Below the pieces are notes generated by a model. That model did not search any database and was not told the DNA's origin. It was given only the letters and a program-made list of their open reading frames with translations. A stretch of DNA of 64,000 nt from positions 5,615 through 69,614 of the forward strand of contig JAEYYH010000006.1 in assembly GCA_023430885.1 (NCBI GenBank), given 5' to 3'. The position numbers and the translations under genes were made by a program. This DNA comes from Bacillota bacterium (GTDB lineage: Bacteria > Bacillota_I > Bacilli_A > RF39 > UBA660). Of this stretch, positions 52,837-62,985 are shown piece after piece. Every line of letters begins with the position of its first letter. The first letter of the stretch is position 1.

Positions 52837-53670
52837 ATGAAAAGACTTAAACATTATATTTCTAGAATGATAAGAATAATAAATAAGAAGGAACTAAGCG
52901 TTTTGCCAGGGCAAATCGCTTATTTCCTTGTACTATCAATGATTCCATTAGTTACCCTAATAGGAATTATTGCTTCGCAATTTTCAATTTCTATGGATAG
53001 TTTAGCAGGAACATTTAAAGATACGCTTCCAATGGCAATAATGGAAATCTTACTTCCTGCACTTACTTCTCCGGGATTTGGTATCGGGGTATCTATGTTA
53101 ATTGGATTTATAGTAGCTTCTAATGGGACATGCTCTATTATAGTGGCTTCTAATATGCTATTTAAAATAGATGGGGCAGGATATATAAGAAAAAGAATAA
53201 AGGCTTTATTTATGCTTGTAGTCCTTATTTCACTATTCTTCTTTGTCATTGTAGTTATGGCTTTTGGTAATAATTTATTAACATTCTTATATGATATGAT
53301 GTTTGATACTTCAATACCAATATTTCTATATAATATATTTCTTGTAATAAAGTGGACAATTGGATTAATGGTTGTATTTGTAATGATTAAACTATTATTT
53401 ACCATGGCTCCAGATGCTTCAATACCTAGTAAGAATATGAATAAAGGTGCCTTATTTACTACGGTAGCATGGATAATAGCAACAAGCGTATATTCTGTAT
53501 ACGCAAATAACTTTGCTAATTATAATGTATTTTATAGTAGTCTAGCTAGTATAGTAGTGCTTATGATTTGGGTCTATATACTTTCATATGCCTTAGTAAT
53601 AGGTATAGCTATTAATAGCGATGATTATTTAAAAGATATGCATGAATTAAAAGAAAAAAATGCCGCATAA
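52837..53670 (+). CDS. YihY/BrkB-family membrane protein
   Basis: A polytopic protein with the family-typical VLPGQIAYFLVLSMIPL N-terminus. Confidence 0.7.
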   Translation: MKRLKHYISRMIRIINKKELSVLPGQIAYFLVLSMIPLVTLIGIIASQFSISMDSLAGTFKDTLPMAIMEILLPALTSPGFGIGVSMLIGFIVASNGTCSIIVASNMLFKIDGAGYIRKRIKALFMLVVLISLFFFVIVVMAFGNNLLTFLYDMMFDTSIPIFLYNIFLVIKWTIGLMVVFVMIKLLFTMAPDASIPSKNMNKGALFTTVAWIIATSVYSVYANNFANYNVFYSSLASIVVLMIWVYILSYALVIGIAINSDDYLKDMHELKEKNAA

Positions 53671-53702
53671 TATAAAAAGCACAAATTGTGCTTACAGACT
53701 AC

Positions 53703-53732
53703 AAAGGGAGTGTAAAACTCTCTTTTTTTTGT
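53703..53732 (+). terminator. Rho-independent terminator
   Basis: gagtg-taaaa-ctctc followed by T8. Confidence 0.55.
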
Positions 53733-53758
53733 TATAATGTTATAAAGTAGGTGTTTTA

Positions 53759-55981
53759 GTGAAAGATAAGTTTATAGCAATTTTAAAAAGTAATTATTTA
53801 AAAGTGTTCTTTTTATCATTATTAGTAGGCTTAATAATGTTATTACCAAATATTATTAAGAATAAAGGTTTGCTTCTTTTATCTGGTGATTTTCAAACAC
53901 AACAAATAGCGTTCAATATAAATGTAAATGATGAGTTTAAAAGCGGTAATACTCTTTATACTTTAAATAACGATTTAGGTTCATCAATTATTGAAGGATA
54001 TAGTTTTTATGATATTGGAAGTCCTTTCTTTTTAATAGGCCTTATTTTTCCAAATAGCTGGTATCCTTATTTAATAAGTATTCTTTTAATTTTAAAATAT
54101 GCTTTTACTGGCTTATTTGCTTATATATACTTTACAGATTTTGTAAAGAGAAAAGAATTAGCAATATTAGGAGCATTGTTATATACATTTTCGGGATTTC
54201 AAATATTCAATATGCTTTTCTTCCACTATCATGAATTAGTAATGTTATTTCCTTTATTTTTATATAGTATCGATAAACTATTTAAGGAAAATAAAAAAGG
54301 ATTATTTGCAATAATTCTTGGATTAACTATTCTTTTCAATTATGTTTTTGCTTTTGCAGAATTGATCTTTTTAATTATATATTTAATAGTTAATGGAATA
54401 TGTAAAAGATTTAAATATAACTGGAAGAATATAAGAATGTTCTTATTTGAATTGATTGTAGGAACAGGTTTAGCAATGTGCATTCTAATTCCATCACTTA
54501 TATCAATATTTAGTAATCCAAGGGTAGGCAATACCATTGATATAAAAGAATATTTTTTATACCCATTTACTCAGTATATAAAAATATTTCAGTCACTATT
54601 ATTACCAACAGACATAATAAATAAAGCCAGCCTAATCAATAACACTAATTGGTCAGCATGTGAAATGTGGATACCATTTTTCGGAATTTTATTAGCCTGT
54701 GTATATATAATTAAAAATAGAAAAGATTACTTATCTGTACTTGTTATTACGTTATTAATATTTATGTTTATTCCATTACTAAATAGTTCTTTTACAATGT
54801 TTAATACTCAGTATTATGCAAGATGGTTTTTTATTCCATCCATATTTATAGCTATAATGACTATTAAAGTTTTAGATGATAGATTAGAATTAAAAAAAGG
54901 AATACTTTTATTCAAGATATTCTGGGAAGTATATATTATATTTGCTATTATATATATTTTATACATAGTCAAGACATTTAAAATAGTAGATTATTACTAT
55001 ATGTTTAGCATTTTTTTATCACTACTAAGTATACTTGTCGCAATATTTTTAATAAAAAAATATTACAAAACTGATAAAATTATGATACTAATTATACCAG
55101 TAATAATATGTATTTTATTAGAAGGATATCATTATATTTATTATCAATCTAAACATGATTTAGAATATAAAGAAAATAAATTATATATAAACGCTATAAA
55201 CAATGATTTGATAAAAGATGATGAATTTTATAGAGTTAAGTATTTAGGATGCATGTATAATATTAACCTATATTTTAATGAATCATCAGTTGATTCATTT
55301 AATAGTTCAGTAGCTCCATCAGTATTTAAACTATATGGTTCGCTAGGTCTTAATAGAAAACAAAATACTTCTCTAGGTTTACAGTATCAAGAATTACTTA
55401 ATTTATTTAGTACAAAATATATAGTTTCATGTAATTCAAGTGATTTAACTAAATATGGATATAAGTATCTATATAAGAAGGGTGACTATACAGTTTATTT
55501 AAACGAACAATATAAAGATATGGGAGTTATCTTTAATAATGTTATTACAAGTGAAGAATTCAATAATTTAGATACTATATTAGAAAAAACTAAAGTGTAT
55601 TCTGATAGTTATATTATTAATGATAAATCAAAAATTATTATTAATAATAGTAAAGTATTAAGTTCATATTCTAAAAAAATAAGTAATGGCTTATATAGTG
55701 AATTAGAAATTAGTGATGATGCTACTGTAGTTTATACAATTCCATATGATAAAGATTTTACTATTAATGTAAACAATATAAAGACAGATTATTTTGAAAT
55801 CAACAATGGTTTAATAGGTGTAAATCTAGCAAAAGGCAACAATAAAGTTAGTATTATATACAATGGAACCGATTTTAAAAAAGGGTTACTTATTGGTGTA
55901 ATAAGCTTTATATTATTAATTTTTTATTGTAAAAAAAAGGGGAATAATGTTATTATTAACATAATAGGTGGTAATAAATGA
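53759..55981 (+). CDS. YfhO-family polytopic membrane protein (glycosyltransferase-associated)
   Basis: 740 aa with more than 12 TM helices and an extracytoplasmic C-terminal domain. The GTG start is inferred. Confidence 0.6.
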   Translation: MKDKFIAILKSNYLKVFFLSLLVGLIMLLPNIIKNKGLLLLSGDFQTQQIAFNINVNDEFKSGNTLYTLNNDLGSSIIEGYSFYDIGSPFFLIGLIFPNSWYPYLISILLILKYAFTGLFAYIYFTDFVKRKELAILGALLYTFSGFQIFNMLFFHYHELVMLFPLFLYSIDKLFKENKKGLFAIILGLTILFNYVFAFAELIFLIIYLIVNGICKRFKYNWKNIRMFLFELIVGTGLAMCILIPSLISIFSNPRVGNTIDIKEYFLYPFTQYIKIFQSLLLPTDIINKASLINNTNWSACEMWIPFFGILLACVYIIKNRKDYLSVLVITLLIFMFIPLLNSSFTMFNTQYYARWFFIPSIFIAIMTIKVLDDRLELKKGILLFKIFWEVYIIFAIIYILYIVKTFKIVDYYYMFSIFLSLLSILVAIFLIKKYYKTDKIMILIIPVIICILLEGYHYIYYQSKHDLEYKENKLYINAINNDLIKDDEFYRVKYLGCMYNINLYFNESSVDSFNSSVAPSVFKLYGSLGLNRKQNTSLGLQYQELLNLFSTKYIVSCNSSDLTKYGYKYLYKKGDYTVYLNEQYKDMGVIFNNVITSEEFNNLDTILEKTKVYSDSYIINDKSKIIINNSKVLSSYSKKISNGLYSELEISDDATVVYTIPYDKDFTINVNNIKTDYFEINNGLIGVNLAKGNNKVSIIYNGTDFKKGLLIGVISFILLIFYCKKKGNNVIINIIGGNK

Positions 55982-58428
55982 AAGAAATTTATAGAGTAGT
56001 AGAAAATAAGAAAACAGGTTTTACTTTAATAGAACTTTTAGCAGTTATCCTTATTTTAGCAATTATTGCTTTAATTGCAATTCCAGCAGTAACTAAGATT
56101 GTTGAGGAAGCTAAAAAGCAATCGTTTAAAGTTACTGCAACCAATGTAGTAGATGCTGCGGATAAGGATTGCAACATATTATTACAGCAAGGTGAAAGTG
56201 TTGCTAAAAGTTACACAATATCTGATTATGAGATAACTAATGGGCAAAATCTTTCTATATCAGGTAAGCTTCCTCTACAAGGGAGTGTTGCCGTTAATAA
56301 TACTTGTGATGTAGCAATAGCTGTTAATAATAAAAAATGGTGTGCAACAAAGAATTATACTGATGATAAAGTAACACTATCTGAATACGTTGATGGCAAC
56401 TGTAATTATAGTGGCGATGGTGGTAATACTGGCGGAGACTTACTTGTTGATAAGATACAAGAACTAAGAGGTTCTGAGCTTACGGCAGGAGTAAATCTTG
56501 GAACTGATGAGTATGATCTTGCAATATCATCAAATGGTTCAACTGTTGGGTATTACACTGATAAATCATTTACTGGTTCTAATCCAAACAATTATATAAC
56601 AGTTGATGGAAAAGAATTTAGAATTTTATCATTAACTAGTCAAGGTATTACAGTAGTTGGTGATGCAGATGGTTATATAACAGATGAAGGATATGGCAGT
56701 ACCAGTATATCTGCAAGATTTTATAATAATTTTAATATATTAGGATTAGTAAGACTTGCAAATTTCTTTACTTCAGTTAGAAGTGGAAGTTCAAATAGTT
56801 TTGATGATAGTGATGGTTTCAAAATTGACTATGGCAAATGGGGTAGCGGAGAAGTTACTGATTCGTACTCAATGTTATCATTCTATGACTATGAACAAGC
56901 AATTAATAGAAATAACTATGCTAGTTGTTTAAAAAATAGTAGTGCAGGTGATGCAAGAACAGCATTTACTGATTGCGCACAACCAAGCTGGCTTGGTAAT
57001 AATGTATATTTAAATATAGGATTTTACTTTTATGGTACAGGAGCCGTGTCACCAGGATACTTAGATAATGGTAAATTTGCAATAGCCGATTCTTACGGAA
57101 ACGGTGATGATGGTGTATGTACGGATTGTACGAAAAAATTTAAAGTACTTGTAAGAAATGATTCATATTATGTATCAGGAACAGGTACGAAGGCAGATCC
57201 TTTTATATATGAATCCGCATACGATCCAGGTAATTTTTCACAAGATAGCTGTTATTTATTAGATGGAACAGGCAGTGTTATTCAAGCATTTGATAATTCT
57301 AATACTGATTGTTCAAAAAATATAACAATACCGGCGAGTATAAATGGCAAACCAATAACTGAAATTGCACCATATGCATTTCAAAATTCAAGTATTTCTT
57401 ATGTGGATTTCAGTAAAGCAACTAATTTAGTAAGCATAGGTGAATCTGCTTTTGCTGGTAATGTAATATCTGAACCAATAACGTTACCACAAAATATTAC
57501 CCAAATAGAGAATGGCGTATTTGCAAATAATGCTATTTCAGGGGAGCTTATTATACCAAGTAAAATAACTAGTATTGGGGTTAATGCCTTTGCTTCCAAT
57601 GAAATAGAAACATTAACTTTTGCAAGTGGAAGTGCACTTACAAATATTGGCTGGCAAGCTTTTTCAGAAAATTATAGTTTAGCAGGCACTGTTGATTTAC
57701 CAGCAACAATTACATCTATGGATGATAGTGTGTTCTGTTGGACAAATATAAGTACATTAAATATACCTAATGGTGTAAGTGGACTTTCGAGTGGAGCACT
57801 TAATTGTACTGATAATTTAAATACAATTAATGTAGACCAATTATACAATGGTTTAGATAATTATCCTTGGGGAAATTCTACTGCTACTATTAACTGGCTT
57901 AGAGCAGTAACTTATAGTTTAACTTATGATAATGGTCAGGTAGCAATGAATAATGCTTGTCTTAAAAGTGGTAATTATATAGGAAATTGTACTGTTACTA
58001 TTAGTTCTAGTCAAGTTGGTTATAAACTCGTTAGTTATAAGTTAAATGGTGTATCAATGACTTCAAATACATTTGTTATGCCAAACGAAAATGCTACTAT
58101 AACTGATATAGTTTTAGCACAGGGATATACTTTGGAGAGTGCTCATCCATATTCAGATAATATGGATCAAACCTATACGGCAACAGTTCCAGGTGCCACT
58201 AAAATACAAGTGACATTTGACGACTCAACTTTTGTTGAAAACGGTTATGATAAAATATATCTGACTGATGGTACAGGAACTCAAGTAGGAACGTCAAGTT
58301 ATTACACAAGTTCTGGTTTAGCAAATAAGGTATTTATAGTAAATGGTAATACTATAAATGTTAGATTGACTTCTGATAGTAGTGCAACCTATTATGGATT
58401 CAAAGCAGAAATAGTAAAATATCAATAA
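55978..58428 (+). CDS. Large prepilin-type protein with BspA-type LRRs and a C-terminal CUB-like domain
   Basis: Leader MKEIYRVVENKKTG|FTLIELLAV. LRR units lie in the middle. The last ~190 aa are homologous to the 29481 gene (HPYSDNMDQTYTAT...YGFKAEIV). Confidence 0.8.
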   Translation: MKEIYRVVENKKTGFTLIELLAVILILAIIALIAIPAVTKIVEEAKKQSFKVTATNVVDAADKDCNILLQQGESVAKSYTISDYEITNGQNLSISGKLPLQGSVAVNNTCDVAIAVNNKKWCATKNYTDDKVTLSEYVDGNCNYSGDGGNTGGDLLVDKIQELRGSELTAGVNLGTDEYDLAISSNGSTVGYYTDKSFTGSNPNNYITVDGKEFRILSLTSQGITVVGDADGYITDEGYGSTSISARFYNNFNILGLVRLANFFTSVRSGSSNSFDDSDGFKIDYGKWGSGEVTDSYSMLSFYDYEQAINRNNYASCLKNSSAGDARTAFTDCAQPSWLGNNVYLNIGFYFYGTGAVSPGYLDNGKFAIADSYGNGDDGVCTDCTKKFKVLVRNDSYYVSGTGTKADPFIYESAYDPGNFSQDSCYLLDGTGSVIQAFDNSNTDCSKNITIPASINGKPITEIAPYAFQNSSISYVDFSKATNLVSIGESAFAGNVISEPITLPQNITQIENGVFANNAISGELIIPSKITSIGVNAFASNEIETLTFASGSALTNIGWQAFSENYSLAGTVDLPATITSMDDSVFCWTNISTLNIPNGVSGLSSGALNCTDNLNTINVDQLYNGLDNYPWGNSTATINWLRAVTYSLTYDNGQVAMNNACLKSGNYIGNCTVTISSSQVGYKLVSYKLNGVSMTSNTFVMPNENATITDIVLAQGYTLESAHPYSDNMDQTYTATVPGATKIQVTFDDSTFVENGYDKIYLTDGTGTQVGTSSYYTSSGLANKVFIVNGNTINVRLTSDSSATYYGFKAEIVKYQ

Positions 58429-58432
58429 TAAG

Positions 58433-58462
58433 AAAGTGTAAAAACTTTCTTTTTTTTCTTTA
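58433..58462 (+). terminator. Rho-independent terminator
   Basis: gaaagt-gtaaaa-actttc followed by T8. Confidence 0.65.
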
Positions 58463-58504
58463 TATGTAAATAAATTATGATATAATTATACTAGGTGATA
58501 ATAG

Positions 58505-59920
58505 ATGAATAAGACAAAAATAATAGCTACTATAGGTCCATCAACTAAAGATAAAGAAGTTATCAAGCATTTGATAAAATCTGGAATGGATGTAGCACGT
58601 ATAAATTTAGATCATTCAGATTATGATTTCTGTACTGATATAGTTAATAAAATCAATGAAGTTAATGAAGAATTAGATACTAATGTAGCAATTATGTTTG
58701 ATACAAGGGGTCCAGAAATACGAACAGGTAAAGTTTCTTGTGGAGCAGCAAAACTTGAAAAAGGTTCAAAGATAAGAATATATACAGAAGACATATTAGG
58801 AGATTATACAAAATTTTCTGTAGATTATCCTAATTTTGTAGATGAAATAAATTATGATAGTATTATTAAAATAAGTGATGGTCATATAGTATTACAAGTA
58901 CTTGATAAGGGTAAAGATTATGCTCTTTGTGAAGTACTTAATGATGGTATTTTAGAAGATCACAAGGGCGTAAATGTACCAGGTGTGCGTTTTAATATGC
59001 CTTTTTTATCTGATCAAGATCGTGATGATATACTTCTTGCTAATACACTTAATATAGACTTTTTAGCTCTTTCTTTTGTGCATAGTCATGAAGATATATT
59101 AGAGGTAAATGATTTATTAATAAATATGGGTAATGATCACATAGGAATTATAGCTAAAGTTGAGAATGAGATGGCTTATGAAGATTTAGATGAAATTATT
59201 AAAGTATCAGAGGGTATAATGGTTGCCCGTGGTGACTTAGGTGTCCAAGTTCCAATGGAAAGAGTTCCAGGAATGCAAAAAGCAATAATCAGTAAATGTC
59301 ATATGGCAGGAAAGGTTAGTATAGTTGCTACTGAAATGATGACTTCTATGGAAAATAATTCTATACCAACTAGAGCTGAAGTATCAGATGTAGCAAACGC
59401 TGTACTTGATGGTACAGATGCTGTTATGCTTTCTAATGAAACTACAATTGGATTATATCCAGTAGAGACATTAGAAACTATGGAAAGAATAATAGAAACT
59501 GCTGAAAAAGATGTTAATTATTTAGAATTCATGGATAGAGCAATTAGGACAGAAACTAGAGATACTACTGGTATGCTAGCGTATGATGTTGCTGAAACTT
59601 CTAATTATTTGAAATGTAAAGCAATATTTGCACCAACCATGAGTGGTTACACGGCTAGAAAAATAAGTCGTTTTAGACCTAGTTGTCCAATTATAGCAGC
59701 AAGCCCAAGCCTTGCTACAGTAAAATCTTTAGCACTTCACTTTGGAGTATTACCTGTACTTATAGGTGAACTTAAAAGTTTTGATAGAATAATTGAAATA
59801 TCAAAGAAAATGACTAAAGATATTGTTGAAATTGAACCAGGTGATAAGATCGTTTTAACAGGAGGATATCCATTTAGAGAAGTAAAACATACTAACTTTA
59901 TGAAAATAGAGGAATTATAA
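58505..59920 (+). CDS. pyk: Pyruvate kinase
   Basis: 471 aa with TIGP, the MVARGDLG motif and overall PK architecture. Confidence 0.93.
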   Translation: MNKTKIIATIGPSTKDKEVIKHLIKSGMDVARINLDHSDYDFCTDIVNKINEVNEELDTNVAIMFDTRGPEIRTGKVSCGAAKLEKGSKIRIYTEDILGDYTKFSVDYPNFVDEINYDSIIKISDGHIVLQVLDKGKDYALCEVLNDGILEDHKGVNVPGVRFNMPFLSDQDRDDILLANTLNIDFLALSFVHSHEDILEVNDLLINMGNDHIGIIAKVENEMAYEDLDEIIKVSEGIMVARGDLGVQVPMERVPGMQKAIISKCHMAGKVSIVATEMMTSMENNSIPTRAEVSDVANAVLDGTDAVMLSNETTIGLYPVETLETMERIIETAEKDVNYLEFMDRAIRTETRDTTGMLAYDVAETSNYLKCKAIFAPTMSGYTARKISRFRPSCPIIAASPSLATVKSLALHFGVLPVLIGELKSFDRIIEISKKMTKDIVEIEPGDKIVLTGGYPFREVKHTNFMKIEEL

Positions 59921-59934
59921 AAGAGGGTGAGATA

Positions 59935-62343
59935 ATGTATAATTTAGGCGATAACTTTAAAATACCAACAGCTGCAAATAGACCTAAAGATGAATGTGTA
60001 TATAAGGGTGATAGATACCGCTTTACTATTTTATCAGAGAGACTTGTAAGATTAGAATATAGCGTTGATGGTATTTTTGAGGATAGACCTACAGAATTTG
60101 CTTGGAATAGAAGTTTCCAAGCACCTAAATTTGTTGTTCGTGAGGATGATAAATATCTTGAAATTAAAACCCCATATTTTGTACTCTCTTATACTAAGAA
60201 TAAACCATTTTATGGTGGAAGATTAAATCCTACTGCTAATTTAAAAGTAGAAATTGTAAACTCTGATAGATATTGGTATTATAAGCATCCAGAAGTCCGA
60301 AATTATGGAGCTCCTGCTGTACTTCTTTCTACTGAAAAGAAAAAAAAGTATATGAAAAGCTTATATTCCATAGATGGATTTGCAAGTTTTGATGATAGTA
60401 ATTCAGCTATTTTTAATGAAATGGGTGAATTAATTCCTAGAGAACATAAGAGTATCGATATATACTTATTTGCATATTTAAAAGACTTTAATTTAGCTTT
60501 AAATGATTATTTTAAGTTAACAGGTTCTCCATCTTTAATTCCTAGATATGCACTTGGTAATTGGTGGAGTAAAAATGAAGCATATACTGATGAGGATATA
60601 AAAGATTTAATTACTGAATTTGATCGTCAAGATATTCCAATGTCGATATTACTACTTGATAAAGATTGGCATAAACGCGTTTATGAAGGTAAAGAACATT
60701 TAAAAACAGGGTTCTCTTTTAATAATGAATTAATTAGAGATCCTGCTGGAATGATAAAATATTTGAATTCAAAAGGCATAAGAATTGGGTTAAATATTAA
60801 TCCAACTGAAGGTATGTATTCAATTGAAAATTATTATGAAAAAGCTAAAGAATATTTACCACCAAACGAAAAAGGTGTAATTCCATTTAATATATACGAT
60901 TCTAAATTTATAGATGTATATTTAAAATTATTTATACATCCTCTAGATGCTTTAGGTGTGGATTTTTACTGGCTTGATTATTTTGACACAAAAAATAATG
61001 AAAATCTATTTAGATTAAAGCATTATCAGTTTTATGACATGATGCGTGATTATAAACGTAGACCTATGGTATTTGGTTATAATTCAAAAATAGCACCTCA
61101 TAGATATCCAATACTTTATTCTGGTAAAATAGAAGTTAGTTGGGATACTTTAAAAGAAATACCAGCACATAACAGCAATGCTGCTAATATGGGGGTTTCT
61201 TGGTGGAGTCATGATATTGGAGGATACTACAAAGGTACTGAAGATAATGAATTATATATAAGATTTGTTGAACTTGGAGTATTTAGTCCAATTCTAAAAT
61301 TTGGTTCTGATTTTGGTAAATATTATAAAAGAGAACCTTGGAAATGGAGTATTAAAACTTATGTAATAGCTAAAGATTATTTAAAGCTTAGACATAGATT
61401 AATACCTTATTTATATTCAGAAGCATATAAATATAGCACATTAGGTATCCCACTTGTACAACCTTTATATTACAAATTTCCAGAAATGTACGATGACCCT
61501 TTTTATAAGAATGAATATTATTTTGGTGGAGAACTTTATGTATCACCAATTATATCTAAAAAAGATTATGTTATGAATCGTACAATTCATAAATTTTATG
61601 TACCAGAAGGTGTTTGGTATGATATAACAACTGGTAAGAAATTCCCTGGTGGTAAAAGTTATGTATCATTCTTTAGAGAACAAGATTATCCAGTATTTGC
61701 AAGAGGTGGAGCGATTATTCCACTTAGTAATAATGAAAATCTAAATGATACGACACCTCCTAAAGATTTAGAGGTAGACATATATCCAGGTAGATCTAAC
61801 ACATATAAGTTATATGAAGATGATGGTTTAAGTGATTTATATAAAAAGGGCTTTTACCTACTTACTAGTATAGACTATAATTACTTACCAAATAATTATA
61901 CAGTTATATTTAGAGCATTAGAAGGTAAAAGTGGTATAGTTCCTGATAAGAGAAATTATACAATTAGATTTAGAAATACTAAAAAAGCTAATGATGTAAT
62001 AGTATATTTTAATAATGAACCAATACCAAATAATTCTTATGTCGATGGCACTGACTTTGTTGTTGAGGTAAAAGATATTCCAACAATAGGTCAGCTTACA
62101 ATTAACTGTAAGGGAAAAGACATAGAATTTGATGCGGTAAGACTTGTTAATGATGAAATATCAAAAATATTAAGTGACTTACCAATTGAAACATTATTAA
62201 AAGAAAAAGTAGATGCGGTTTTATTTAGCGATTTACCAGTTAAGAAAAAACGTATTGAAGTTAGAAAGCTTAGACGTAAAGGATTAGATCATAAATTTGT
62301 CAAACTATTCTTAAAATTACTTGAATATGTTGAGCAAATGTAA
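59935..62343 (+). CDS. Large glycoside-hydrolase-like protein (GH31-like TIM barrel; family assignment tentative)
   Basis: 802 aa with a WLDYFD segment reminiscent of the GH31 WxDMNE nucleophile region. I cannot confirm the family by eye. Confidence 0.4.
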   Translation: MYNLGDNFKIPTAANRPKDECVYKGDRYRFTILSERLVRLEYSVDGIFEDRPTEFAWNRSFQAPKFVVREDDKYLEIKTPYFVLSYTKNKPFYGGRLNPTANLKVEIVNSDRYWYYKHPEVRNYGAPAVLLSTEKKKKYMKSLYSIDGFASFDDSNSAIFNEMGELIPREHKSIDIYLFAYLKDFNLALNDYFKLTGSPSLIPRYALGNWWSKNEAYTDEDIKDLITEFDRQDIPMSILLLDKDWHKRVYEGKEHLKTGFSFNNELIRDPAGMIKYLNSKGIRIGLNINPTEGMYSIENYYEKAKEYLPPNEKGVIPFNIYDSKFIDVYLKLFIHPLDALGVDFYWLDYFDTKNNENLFRLKHYQFYDMMRDYKRRPMVFGYNSKIAPHRYPILYSGKIEVSWDTLKEIPAHNSNAANMGVSWWSHDIGGYYKGTEDNELYIRFVELGVFSPILKFGSDFGKYYKREPWKWSIKTYVIAKDYLKLRHRLIPYLYSEAYKYSTLGIPLVQPLYYKFPEMYDDPFYKNEYYFGGELYVSPIISKKDYVMNRTIHKFYVPEGVWYDITTGKKFPGGKSYVSFFREQDYPVFARGGAIIPLSNNENLNDTTPPKDLEVDIYPGRSNTYKLYEDDGLSDLYKKGFYLLTSIDYNYLPNNYTVIFRALEGKSGIVPDKRNYTIRFRNTKKANDVIVYFNNEPIPNNSYVDGTDFVVEVKDIPTIGQLTINCKGKDIEFDAVRLVNDEISKILSDLPIETLLKEKVDAVLFSDLPVKKKRIEVRKLRRKGLDHKFVKLFLKLLEYVEQM

Positions 62344-62372
62344 GACAAGTATAAAAATATACTTGTTTTTTC
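62344..62372 (+). terminator. Rho-independent terminator
   Basis: acaagtat-aaaaat-atacttgt followed by T6. Confidence 0.65.
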
Positions 62373-62399
62373 ATGCTTTTTGTATTATAATTTATCTAA

Positions 62400-62620
62400 T
62401 GTGTTTGTTAAAGGCAATGAAAAAGAGTAGTAATAAATAATTTATTATTAGAGAAAATGTGGTTGGTGAAAACATTTAATAAAGATTTATGAACTTGCTT
62501 TGGAGCTATATATAGAAATATATACGTTAACTGCGTTAAAGTAAGAGAGCATAAAGTATTATGAAATAAGGTGGTACCGCTGGGAGAATTCCTAGTCCTT
62601 ATATCATAATACTTTTTTAT
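62400..62620 (+). ncRNA. T-box riboswitch leader upstream of a small membrane protein gene and leuS
   Basis: The T-box motif AAGGUGGUACCGCUGGGA lies at about 62568-62586. A terminator agtattatga/tcataatact plus U6 encloses the T-box, the classic terminator/antiterminator arrangement. Confidence 0.75.
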
Positions 62621-62636
62621 ATTATAGGAGGATAAA

Positions 62637-62984
62637 ATGGAAAATGTCTATATTGGTTTAGGAGTAATGGTGTTTATTTATTTACTATATTTCTTAATTA
62701 TTATTAATAATAAAAGAAGATTAAGTAAATATATTAGAACTAGTAAAGAAACAGTTTTAATAGGTTCAAGATATAAGGTTAACTTTGATAAAGTTAATCA
62801 TAAATTAGTAGCAAATTTATTTGCTATAGCTAATGCAGTTATTATGGGATTAACATATATTATTGTTATGATGATAGATAATATAATATTAAAATTGTTA
62901 GTGGCATTTTTAGTATTTGTATTTTTAATAGTTATTTGTTATTTAAATATAGGAAAATATATCAAAAAGAAAGAGGTAAATTAG
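62637..62984 (+). CDS. Small two- or three-TM membrane protein, co-transcribed with leuS
   Basis: 115 aa. A hydrophobic N-terminus and a central hydrophobic segment are present, with a GGAGG RBS. Confidence 0.5.
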   Translation: MENVYIGLGVMVFIYLLYFLIIINNKRRLSKYIRTSKETVLIGSRYKVNFDKVNHKLVANLFAIANAVIMGLTYIIVMMIDNIILKLLVAFLVFVFLIVICYLNIGKYIKKKEVN

Positions 62985-62985
62985 T